Positions 1 to 8,427 of a stretch of 64,000 bases of DNA are shown in pieces. The DNA is from Cytophagales bacterium (GTDB taxonomy: Bacteria; Bacteroidota; Bacteroidia; Cytophagales; JAPOQI01): the NCBI GenBank assembly GCA_026710765.1, contig JAPOQI010000147.1, positions 11,182 to 75,181 of the forward strand. Direction: 5' to 3'. The notes beneath the pieces are model-generated. The model was not told where the DNA came from. It searched no databases and saw only the letters and a program-made list of their open reading frames with translations. Position numbers and translations under genes: made by a program. The stretch's first letter is position 1. Each line of letters starts with the position of its first letter.

Positions 1-1264
1 GCATTTCTACATCAATAGAATCCCCCTCTACCGCAATTTCTATGGGTTGAATATTAAAAAACAAATACCCATCATCTGCATATAGGGAGCTAACATCTCC
101 TTTTTGTGGATCATAATGCAGTTTTTTTTGCAGGAGGGCTAGATCGTACACATCACCTTTGTGGATGTTCAAAATCTGGGAAAGAAGGGAATCCTCATAT
201 ACGTGATTGCCTTCCCAGTAGATATTTCGGAAATAATATTTTTCTCCCACATCCAGTTGAATATCTATATAAAGTTTATTTCCCTCTTTATGAATGGTAT
301 CTGATAGAATCCGTGCGTCCCTATACCCCTCAGATTGAATATATTCTATTAAAAGCTGTTTATCTGTACCGTATTCTTCCTTTTTGAATCGGCTAGATTT
401 GAACAAAAATATATTCATCCTTTGATCCCAGTACGCCAAAAGGGGGGACCAGTTGTACACATGATGTGGATGCCTTGAAAAGAGATTTTTCCATTGTATG
501 GGATGCCTAAGGAGTTCCCAAAGATCGTGGGGGAGGGCTCTGATAAGATAAAATCTAGGTCTTTCTCCTGTTTCCTTCATGCGAAATTTTAGACCTATCT
601 TGGAAAAAGGATCTGTGTTGTGAAAGACGATTCGTTCAATTTTTGTCTTGGGACCTGATGTGACCAAAATATGAAGTCGTGCTCCGTTGACTAGGAGGCT
701 ATCTTGTTTTTGTTCCAAGGAAATATGCGGACTCAGATAACCCTTCTTTTTCATATAATTTTCTACGGCTCTTTCTATTGTTTTTAGAAGAACATCTGTA
801 ATGACCTTTCCCTTGACAAGATCTAATTCATCTTCTATCTCCTCGGCATGTGTTTTGCGGAGTCCTTGAAATTTGAAATCTAGAAGACGAGGATGCTCTT
901 TGATACGAATAACTAGCTCTATATTCTGACCTTCTATTTTTTTGATATGGGCAGAAATATCTCCCATAAAACCCTGCTTCCACAAACGTTTCAGGGCATT
1001 AGACATCTCGGGACCTGGCAGACTAATGGATTGCCCTATTCTGAGTCCAGAAATGGAAAGCAAAGTTTGCTCATCCAAAGAAACAGCACCTTCTACGTGG
1101 AGACTATCCAGAATATAAGTTTTGGGGTGACGATAGTCTAATCTTTCCAAAGAGGGTCGGGAAAAATATCGATTCCGTACACCTATTTGTCCCAACAGAC
1201 CTGATTCTGTACCAGAAAAAATGAGGAACAGGAAAGCAAGAAGAAAATGATACCTTTGCAGCAT
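1..1264 (-). CDS. bamA: Outer membrane protein assembly factor BamA, N-terminal (POTRA) part. The gene runs off the left edge of the window.
   Basis: Absent from the ORF track because it has no stop codon inside the window. My minus-strand translation from the ATG at 1264 gives MLQRYHFLLAFLFLIFSG... (signal peptide), then POTRA-like repeats (GLRIGQSISLPGPEMSNALKRLWKQGFMGDISAHIKKIEGQNIELVIRIKEHPRL...). The stretches I translated (the 5' end and roughly positions 1-620) contain no stop codon. It lies directly downstream of uppS, as is usual in Bacteroidota. Confidence 0.8.
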   Translation of the reverse strand, partial: MLQRYHFLLAFLFLIFSGTESGLLGQIGVRNRYFSRPSLERLDYRHPKTYILDSLHVEGAVSLDEQTLLSISGLRIGQSISLPGPEMSNALKRLWKQGFMGDISAHIKKIEGQNIELVIRIKEHPRLLDFKFQGLRKTHAEEIEDELDLVKGKVITDVLLKTIERAVENYMKKKGYLSPHISLEQKQDSLLVNGARLHILVTSGPKTKIERIVFHNTDPFSKIGLKFRMKETGERPRFYLIRALPHDLWELLRHPIQWKNLFSRHPHHVYNWSPLLAYWDQRMNIFLFKSSRFKKEEYGTDKQLLIEYIQSEGYRDARILSDTIHKEGNKLYIDIQLDVGEKYYFRNIYWEGNHVYEDSLLSQILNIHKGDVYDLALLQKKLHYDPQKGDVSSLYADDGYLFFNIQPIEIAVEGDSIDVEM

Positions 1265-1299
1265 GGAAAGCGCGTACTTAACCCTAAATTAGGTTAATC

Positions 1300-2040
1300 C
1301 TAGGGAAGATTTCGGATTTGTTCGCTTGTTTTTCCAAAACGCCTTTCTCTTGAGGCATAAGAAGAAAGGGCTTCCAAGAGGTCTTTTTCTTTGAATTCCG
1401 GCCAAAGGGTAGGGGTCACATAGAGCTCTGTATAAGCCATTTGCCAAAGAAGAAAATTACTAATACGCATATCTCCGCCCGTACGTATTAGTAGTTCGGG
1501 ATCGGGTACGGGATGGGTAGCAAGGTGAGCAGATAGCAAATCCTCTCCAATATCTTCGGGTGCACACCGACCCTTTTTCACCTCATGAGCCAGCTTGGAT
1601 ATTGCCTGTAACAGATCCCATCTTCCGCTGTAACTTAAGGCAAGAATCAGAGAAAGTCCCGTATTCTGGGCTGTGAGCTCAACCTGTTTCTGTACAATAT
1701 CCTGAGTTCTTTGTGGAAATCTGCTTATATCCCCTATGGTAGAAAAGCGAATGTTGTTCTCCAACAGGTCGGATTGGGTTTCTTTGAGGTTCTCCTCCAG
1801 GAGATTTATCAGAAATTTGACCTCTCTTTTCGGACGATGCCAGTTCTCGGTAGAAAAAGTATATAGGGTAAGATAAGAAATGCCCAAAGAGGTACATGCT
1901 CTAATCACCTCCCGCACCGAATCTATGGCTGAACTATGACCGAAATATCTAAACTTATTCTGTCTCAATGCCCAGCGCCCATTCCCATCCATGATGATAG
2001 CAATGTGCCGAGGAATCTTTTCAGGGGGGAGAAAGATCAT
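1300..2040 (-). CDS. uppS: Undecaprenyl diphosphate synthase (cis-prenyltransferase)
   Basis: 246-aa ORF with the motifs HIAIIMDGNGRWA, YLTLYTFSTENWHRPKREV and IRTGGDMRISNFLLWQMAYTELY. Confidence 0.93.
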   Translation of the reverse strand: MIFLPPEKIPRHIAIIMDGNGRWALRQNKFRYFGHSSAIDSVREVIRACTSLGISYLTLYTFSTENWHRPKREVKFLINLLEENLKETQSDLLENNIRFSTIGDISRFPQRTQDIVQKQVELTAQNTGLSLILALSYSGRWDLLQAISKLAHEVKKGRCAPEDIGEDLLSAHLATHPVPDPELLIRTGGDMRISNFLLWQMAYTELYVTPTLWPEFKEKDLLEALSSYASRERRFGKTSEQIRNLP

Positions 2041-2207
2041 TCTAATACAGGCACAACAGGGATCAAGATTAATTAGGTGAATTCAGACATAGGTTCATCT
2101 AGCATACCTAAGGTAAATTCTCATTCAGCGGAACCTTTTATCTTTGCTGATCTTTTGTGGGGGTTTGGATCCTTCTCATAGAATCGAGATATAGAAAAGG
2201 CTTTACT

Positions 2208-2259
2208 TCAAGAAAAAATAAAACACCGAGGCTCATCCCCACGATGATGAACCTCGGCG
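2208..2259 (-). terminator. Rho-independent terminator candidate downstream of the YceI-like gene
   Basis: The minus strand reads cgccgaggttcatc-atcgtggg-gatgagcctcggtg. That is a ~14-bp stem with one mismatch and one G:U pair, followed by ttttattttttct. It lies 29 nt after the stop codon at 2288. Confidence 0.55.
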
Positions 2260-2287
2260 CCTAAAAAGAAACTATATACCTGAATAT

Positions 2288-3139
2288 CTACCCTTTGGTA
2301 GAGGTAGATGAGGTAGTTTTTTCGGACTCAGAATCTTCCGAAGACTCCCCAGAAGTAGATGAATCCTCAGTAGAAGTGGCTGATTCAAGATTGGCAACCA
2401 GTGAAAAAGCTATCCCCACATTGTTGTGAATGATCTTATCAGCAATAGCATCTACTGCATTTTCATCTCCATAGACAATATCAAAATGAGTTCTATCAAT
2501 GCTAAAGCTAGCCTGAATTGACAAGAGATTGTCTTGAAGGGCTACGGTGGCAGGAAAACTGATGTTCTTCGTCACACCTCGGAGCGTTAAATTACCGCTC
2601 AAGGTATGAGTGGAAGAATCCTGGGTCTCAGAAGAATCCGCTTTCTGTCCTGAATCTTGATCAGAAGAAGATGTGCTACCATCATCAGGGGTAGAATCAC
2701 CCTCTGATGTCAAGGGACTTGCCGCGGTTAGCTCAAAAACAGCCTCCGGAAATTCTGTTACGCTCAGAAAATCTTCTGATAACAGATGGTCGGCCAACTT
2801 TTTATTGGACTTCTCTTTCTCCGGATCCGAGGTTATAGCCAGACTTTGGATGTCAACTGTAATGGATCCAGCTTGAAGGGTTCCACCCCCAACCGAAATA
2901 TCACCCCCTGCAATCTGAAAAGACCCCTCATGTTGGCCTGCCAGATTGGAACCTACAAATTTAAAGGTACTCTCCTCAGGAGAAAGAACATACCTAGAAG
3001 AAGCAGCATCTGCCTCAGCCGCAGCACCTTCATCCCCTACCTGAGCCCCGGTTCCTCCACCGCCCCCTCCGCACGAAGCCAAAAGAGCAAGGAAAGGAAG
3101 AAATCCCAAACGAACGCATGTATTGTATATATTAGTCAT
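2288..3139 (-). CDS. YceI-like periplasmic lipoprotein with an acidic Ser/Thr-rich tail
   Basis: Lipobox LLASC followed by GGGGGG. The core is YceI-like (FKFVGSNLAGQHEGSF, TVDIQSLAITSD, LSGNLTLRGVTKNISFPATV). The C-terminus is low complexity (STEDSSTSGESSEDSESEKTTSSTSTKG). Confidence 0.75.
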   Translation of the reverse strand: MTNIYNTCVRLGFLPFLALLASCGGGGGGTGAQVGDEGAAAEADAASSRYVLSPEESTFKFVGSNLAGQHEGSFQIAGGDISVGGGTLQAGSITVDIQSLAITSDPEKEKSNKKLADHLLSEDFLSVTEFPEAVFELTAASPLTSEGDSTPDDGSTSSSDQDSGQKADSSETQDSSTHTLSGNLTLRGVTKNISFPATVALQDNLLSIQASFSIDRTHFDIVYGDENAVDAIADKIIHNNVGIAFSLVANLESATSTEDSSTSGESSEDSESEKTTSSTSTKG

Positions 3140-3417
3140 AATGTTTAAAAATCAACAGGCATCAAAAAAAAACTCATCAAAAACACCTCCTCCCGCCTTG
3201 CCTTTCATGCGAATGAAGGAAGCATACGCAACAAGATTACGAGAAATCCTTGAAGAACATGTTGCATAAGGACAAAATATTTATCATTTCTTCTCAGTAA
3301 AAAGCAAGTAATGGGATTAAATTTATGAATTATTATATGATTATGATATACATTATGAGATGATTGTGTATAGCTATGGAAAATCTTGAAGCTCTTGAGA
3401 TTTTAGGATGAATTCTC

Positions 3418-4017
3418 ATGCGGCATGTCTCGCACTTAGTTTTCTTTTGTTCTATATTGTGTTCGGATGGGTATGCAAAGATTATTGGGGTTGTGGCACA
3501 TATTCTAAAACTTAGGGGCTTAAGTCCCAAGTGGGGGGAAGGGACCTGGATGGCTGAGAATGCCACCTTGGTGGGAGATGTGGTAATGGGTCGGGATTGC
3601 AGTTTATGGTTTCATGCTGTGGTTCGGGGAGATGTGAATGCTATTCGGATGGGGGATCGGGTGAATGTGCAGGATGGTGCGGTCATTCATTGCACTTATC
3701 AACGTACCCAAACTCATATAGGAAATGATGTCTCTATAGGTCACAATGCCATTGTTCATGGATGTGTGGTGGAGGACAGGGTTTTGTTGGGTATGGGGTC
3801 TATTGTCATGGATAATGCATTGGTTCGTTCCGAGACGCTGGTGGCTGCGGGTGCGGTTCTTTTGGAGGGAACAAAAACCGAAAGTGGTTATATATATGCT
3901 GGAGTTCCGGCTAAGCGGATCAAGAAAATAGATGCGGAGGTCAAAGGGATCTTGGAACGTACCGCACGAAACTACATACAATATGCAGGCTGGTTTAAGA
4001 ATCCAGAATCTGCTTGA
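3418..4017 (+). CDS. Gamma-carbonic-anhydrase-like / hexapeptide-repeat (left-handed beta-helix) protein
   Basis: Hexapeptide repeat run ENATLVGDVVMGRDCSLWFHAVVRGDVNAIRMGDRVNVQDGAVIHC...IGHNAIVHGCVVEDRVLLGMGSIVMD. The true start is probably a GTG/TTG near 3490, because family members begin about 15 aa before the ENA motif. Confidence 0.85.
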   Translation: MRHVSHLVFFCSILCSDGYAKIIGVVAHILKLRGLSPKWGEGTWMAENATLVGDVVMGRDCSLWFHAVVRGDVNAIRMGDRVNVQDGAVIHCTYQRTQTHIGNDVSIGHNAIVHGCVVEDRVLLGMGSIVMDNALVRSETLVAAGAVLLEGTKTESGYIYAGVPAKRIKKIDAEVKGILERTARNYIQYAGWFKNPESA

Positions 4018-4747
4018 AAAGGTAGGCAGATAGTATGCTTGCAGTTTCTGTTCGGAGAATCTCTGAGCCGAGAGAAAAGCCAATAAAACCCTTATCTTGA
4101 GCCTCCTTGAATTCTTTTGTTGTGAAGCCTCCCTCAGGACCTATGAGTAGGCTAGCTTTTTTTCCTTTGAGCTGAGAGAAGGGAAGGGGAGCGGAGGAAG
4201 GATTCGCGATATATTTTAATTCTTGTGTTGGATTTTGGAATTGAACATTTGGAGACGATTGTGTTTGCAAATAAGAACTGATATTTCTGATTGGAAAAAG
4301 TTCGGGAAGGTAGGATGCTCGGGATTGTTTTAGGGCAGCAATGCTGATTCTTTTGAGTCGGTCTAGGTTGAGTTGTTTCCGCATAGAACGATGGCTTTCA
4401 AGGAAGGAAATGGAACGAATACCTATTTCACTGAGTTTTTCCACCATCCATCCGAGACGTTCTTGAGATTTGGGGGGAACGATGTAGAGATCTACATGGG
4501 GTGGGGGTGGACTTGTATGTGTTGAAATAATTCGTATATTGCATTTATCTTTGCCGGTGATTTTTGTGATCTCGCAGAGATTTTGTTGTCCTTTTCCGTT
4601 ATTGAGGTAAAATTTCTCCCCCTGACGATGGCGTTGAACTTGCAAACAGTGGAAGCATTCCTTTCCTTCCCATTGAGATGATGGAGGTTTTGGGCTATGC
4701 GTGTAGAATACGGGGAGTGGCTTTATATCTGTCTCTGTGGGGGACAT
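3995..4747 (-). CDS. rsmE: 16S rRNA (uracil1498-N3)-methyltransferase RsmE
   Basis: 250 aa with a PUA-like N-terminus and the SPOUT motifs ERLGWMVEKLSEIGI and LLIGPEGGFTTKE...LGSEILRTETA. Confidence 0.85.
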   Translation of the reverse strand: MSPTETDIKPLPVFYTHSPKPPSSQWEGKECFHCLQVQRHRQGEKFYLNNGKGQQNLCEITKITGKDKCNIRIISTHTSPPPPHVDLYIVPPKSQERLGWMVEKLSEIGIRSISFLESHRSMRKQLNLDRLKRISIAALKQSRASYLPELFPIRNISSYLQTQSSPNVQFQNPTQELKYIANPSSAPLPFSQLKGKKASLLIGPEGGFTTKEFKEAQDKGFIGFSLGSEILRTETASILSAYLFKQILDS

Positions 4748-4850
4748 GGTATTTGGGAAAGGGCTTGGGAAAATTTATTGTATGGATTTTTGCAGTATAG
4801 TTTGAAGGAGGGTCTAAATTTAGATAGTTAAAAAAATTAAATGACATAAC

Positions 4851-7025
4851 ATGGTTTCAAATCATTCTACGGTGCGTGGGGATATACTTCGGGAGCTTTC
4901 AACTCGGAAACTTCCTCGGTCGAGGCGCCCTGAGGCTAGGGTTCCGGATTATTTTGGCTTGGACGTTTTGGATGTCCACAAGCTGCGCGAGAGGCTTCCC
5001 GAGGGGATTTATGAAAAATTGTCTGAGGTTCTGCATGGGGATACGGGAAAGAAGATAGATGAGGCAGTGGCTGCTGGGGTTGTGAAATCGGTTCGCGAGT
5101 GGGCGTTGCACAGAGGTGCTACCCATTATACACATTGGTTCCAACCCTTGACGGGTGCGACGGCAGAAAAACACAGTACTTTTTTTGACCCCACACAGAA
5201 GATAGAGTCTTTGGATGTGAGTACTCTTTCTCAACAAGAACCAGATGCTTCTTCTTTTCCTAGCGGTGGGTTACGGAGCACTTTTGAAGCGAGGGGTTAT
5301 ACCTTGTGGGATCCTTCTTCTCCTTTTTTCATTCTGGAGGGAACACTTTGTATTCCGACTGTTTTTATTTCCTATACGGGAGATTCTTTAGATTACAAGT
5401 CTCCTTTGTTGCGTTCTTGTAGGTCATTGAATCGTACGGCAACTCTGCTTTGTCAACGTTTTTATCCGGAGGTTCACTCGGTGATCGCTGAGTTGGGTTG
5501 GGAGCAGGAGTATTTCATAGTAGATAAGGCTTGGGTACAGGCTCGTCCGGATCTTGTCATGGTAGGGCGAACTTTATTAGGGTATGCGGCGCCGCGTGGT
5601 CAGCAGCTATCGGATCATTATTTTGGATCTATTCCGCCGCGTGTGGTGAGTTTTATGCAGGAGGTTGAGTATCGGGCCCACTTGTTGGGTATTCCTTTGG
5701 AGGCTCGTCATAATGAAGTAGCTCCTTCTCAATTTGAGGCAGCACCCGTATTTGAGTCGATGAATATAGCTGTGGATCACAATCAGCTGTTGAGGGAACT
5801 TATGAATCGAATAGCAGGCAAACATAATTTGTGTGTCTTGTTTCATGAGAAACCTTTTCATAAGCTGAATGGAACAGGAAAGCATTGTAATTGGTCTTTG
5901 ACGGCTGAGTCGAATCGGGGGAGGCTAAATCTTATGAAGCCCTCTACGGATCCAAAACAAAATCTCCTGTTTTTCACTGTTTTCATAAATACCTTGCGGG
6001 CTGTTCATATACATGCTCCTTTACTTCGGGCTAGTGTGGCTACTTATGGGAATGATTTTCGTTTGGGTTCGCATGAGGCGCCCCCTGCTATTATTTCATC
6101 TTTTATTGGATCTTATTTGTCGGGAGTTCTGGAGAACTTTATTAAAACGCATCAACTAAATTTGGATTCATCTCGTTCTTATATGGGTCATGGGATTAAG
6201 GAAATTCCGGAATTGGAGAAGCATGATACGGATAGGAACAGAACTTCTCCTTTTGCCTTTACGGGAAATAAGTTTGAGTTTCGGAGTCCGGGTTCGAGCG
6301 TGAATCCTTCGGGTCCCTGCACCGTTTTAAATACGATTGTGGCGGCTCAGCTGGATGATTTTTATCAGGAAGTGAAAGGACTGGATGTAGAGGGGGATGC
6401 ATATCGGAAAGCCTTAGCGGCTCGTGCAGAGGAAGTTTTACCCGTGATCTTCAATGGGGATGGCTATACTGAGAAATGGGTTGTGGAGGCGAAGAAAAGA
6501 AAACTTCCTCATCTCAAGGACACCCCCCGAGCTCTTGCATCCTATGTTTCAAATCAAACAGTGGAGATTTTTGAAAAAATGAACGTCTGTTCTCGCAGAG
6601 AATTGGAGGCCCGAAAGGATACCGAGTTGGATATTTATGTGAACAAGGCAAAAATAGAAGCCGATTTGTTGGTAGAAATGGTTCTCACACATGTATTGCC
6701 AGCGGCCCTATCTCATCAAACTCGGGCCATGAAAAATATTCAAGAAGCAGAGTCTTTGGGGATCAAGCATCCTGTTCTCTTGGCAGAAATCAAGTACATT
6801 GCCAACTGTATTGAATCTCTTTACCAAGAGGTTGAATCCTTGCAGAAGAAATTAAAAGAAATAAGGAAGATAGAATCTATTGAAGAACAGGCTATTTCAT
6901 ATGCTGAAGAGATACGAGGCATCTATTTTCAGCGTATTCGGACATGGGCAGACAAATTGGAAGCTAAGATAGGGGATGAATTTTGGCCCTTACCTAAGTA
7001 CAGGGAGATGCTCTTTTTGCGATAG
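4851..7025 (+). CDS. glnN: Glutamine synthetase type III
   Basis: 724 aa, which is the GSIII size class. The N-terminal FGLDV...KLRERLP, the central EQEYF...HNEVAPSQFE and the NGTGKHCNWS blocks are typical of the GSIII found in Bacteroidota and cyanobacteria. Confidence 0.9.
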   Translation: MVSNHSTVRGDILRELSTRKLPRSRRPEARVPDYFGLDVLDVHKLRERLPEGIYEKLSEVLHGDTGKKIDEAVAAGVVKSVREWALHRGATHYTHWFQPLTGATAEKHSTFFDPTQKIESLDVSTLSQQEPDASSFPSGGLRSTFEARGYTLWDPSSPFFILEGTLCIPTVFISYTGDSLDYKSPLLRSCRSLNRTATLLCQRFYPEVHSVIAELGWEQEYFIVDKAWVQARPDLVMVGRTLLGYAAPRGQQLSDHYFGSIPPRVVSFMQEVEYRAHLLGIPLEARHNEVAPSQFEAAPVFESMNIAVDHNQLLRELMNRIAGKHNLCVLFHEKPFHKLNGTGKHCNWSLTAESNRGRLNLMKPSTDPKQNLLFFTVFINTLRAVHIHAPLLRASVATYGNDFRLGSHEAPPAIISSFIGSYLSGVLENFIKTHQLNLDSSRSYMGHGIKEIPELEKHDTDRNRTSPFAFTGNKFEFRSPGSSVNPSGPCTVLNTIVAAQLDDFYQEVKGLDVEGDAYRKALAARAEEVLPVIFNGDGYTEKWVVEAKKRKLPHLKDTPRALASYVSNQTVEIFEKMNVCSRRELEARKDTELDIYVNKAKIEADLLVEMVLTHVLPAALSHQTRAMKNIQEAESLGIKHPVLLAEIKYIANCIESLYQEVESLQKKLKEIRKIESIEEQAISYAEEIRGIYFQRIRTWADKLEAKIGDEFWPLPKYREMLFLR

Positions 7026-7028
7026 TCT

Positions 7029-7913
7029 GTGTTCATGCACTGGACATCTTCTGGATTATTATGGGGTCTGATATTGTGTTCGGTTTTCCTTTTGGGTTGT
7101 ACGAGCTTTCGCATGTCTTATTCGGAGGTGTCGGATTATTTCAAGGGGTCTTCCTTGGTGCCATCTTATCATAGTGTATGGGTAAAGGGTCGGAGCATAC
7201 ATTGTGCAGAAATAGGCGATAAAAAAAAGCCCTCAGTTGTTTTCGTACACGGATCGCCAGGCTCTTGGACCGACTATATAGATTATTTTTTGGATAGTGC
7301 TTTGTTGGCTGATTTTCATATGCTTAGTGTAGACAGACCAGGTTATGGATTTTCGGGTTTTGGGGATCCTGTTCGGGATATCTCCGAGGAGGCTTATATG
7401 ATAGATCAGGCCATATCTCGGACCATTTTGTCTTCTCCCGAAAAAAAAATTATTTGGGTAGGTCATTCCTATGGAGGCACTGTGGTGGCTCGCATAGCTA
7501 TGGATTATCCTGAGCGGATAGCGGGTATTTTGTTTTTGGCACCTTCATTGGATCCCGAATTGGAATTTCCTAGGTGGTATAATCGTATGGGGAGTTGGGG
7601 TTGGGTGCGGAGATTACTCCCGAAAGCGGTATATGTTAGCAATGAGGAGATTGTATCTATGTCTCCTCATCTTTGGGTTATGGATAAGCTTTGGGATCAA
7701 ATTCGGGCCCCTGTTTATCATATACATGGAACCCAGGATAAGTTGGTTCCTTTCGAGCATGTGTTTTATGCACAGAAAAAAATACGAAAGGCATCTTTTC
7801 ACCTTCAAGTTTTAGAAGGGGCCAATCATTTTCTTCCATGGTCTTCTTACGAGGAGACCGTTAAAGGCTTATATCATTTACGGAATCGTCTAAGTCAAAA
7901 GGGAAAACCATGA
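7029..7913 (+). CDS. Alpha/beta-fold hydrolase lipoprotein
   Basis: Lipoprotein signal FLLGC, oxyanion motif VFVHGSPGS, nucleophile elbow GHSYGG, and a late HG.QD...H catalytic pattern. Confidence 0.75.
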   Translation: MFMHWTSSGLLWGLILCSVFLLGCTSFRMSYSEVSDYFKGSSLVPSYHSVWVKGRSIHCAEIGDKKKPSVVFVHGSPGSWTDYIDYFLDSALLADFHMLSVDRPGYGFSGFGDPVRDISEEAYMIDQAISRTILSSPEKKIIWVGHSYGGTVVARIAMDYPERIAGILFLAPSLDPELEFPRWYNRMGSWGWVRRLLPKAVYVSNEEIVSMSPHLWVMDKLWDQIRAPVYHIHGTQDKLVPFEHVFYAQKKIRKASFHLQVLEGANHFLPWSSYEETVKGLYHLRNRLSQKGKP

Positions 7914-8347
7914 TAAGATATTTATTTTTTGTTTTGACCATAGGACTGGGCTTTCAAGTCTGGGAGCAGGATTCGGGATCCCTTTATGCACAGGGCTCAT
8001 CCGATACGTTGGAAAAAATAGAAAAGGCTTTTCGTTGGGGTAGTTCAAAGGTTTTGAAAGAGCATCTGAACGCTTTCGTTTCTATCAAATGGGGAGATAA
8101 AGAGCTTAAGAAGTATACCCAGAAAGAGGCTGTGGGCTTCTTCAAAGATTTCTTCCAAAAATATCCTCCCCGTGAGTATCTTAGAATTCATCAAGGGGTT
8201 CCCGGGAAGGAACAGGTTTATGCGATCGCCCGATATACCTCCACCCAACTTGGACAGTATAGAGTATATCTTCTCCTGAAAAAAGAACGAAAGGGTAAAC
8301 GAAAGGGAAAATACAAGATACACGACCTGCATATTTCCGAGGAATAA
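7910..8347 (+). CDS. Small secreted protein, DUF4783-like
   Basis: 145 aa with a signal peptide and a 4-bp overlap with the upstream hydrolase gene. The pattern ...YTQKEAVGFFKDFFQKYPP..HQG....YAIARY....YRVYLLLKK...I.DL.I resembles the Bacteroidota DUF4783 family. This is recalled from memory and was not searched. Confidence 0.5.
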   Translation: MIRYLFFVLTIGLGFQVWEQDSGSLYAQGSSDTLEKIEKAFRWGSSKVLKEHLNAFVSIKWGDKELKKYTQKEAVGFFKDFFQKYPPREYLRIHQGVPGKEQVYAIARYTSTQLGQYRVYLLLKKERKGKRKGKYKIHDLHISEE

Positions 8348-8427
8348 CGAAGAATAAAAAGATTCCAAAAACAAGTTATCCAAAGCATGGTTGAGCTGCC
8401 TTTATGTTTTGGGGTATATATCCTAGA

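Noticed and set aside
2673-4083. Antisense or alternate-frame ORFs within the YceI-like and hexapeptide genes (2673-2876, 2786-3148, 3604-4083, 3746-3931). Similar shadow ORFs occur throughout the track, for example 17915-18400, 24587-25024, 28228-28617, 28627-28986, 33068-33450 and 51000-51350.
   Set aside because: Each lies wholly inside a longer ORF with strong family signatures on the other strand or in another frame. Their compositions are low-complexity or biased, as is typical of shadow ORFs.
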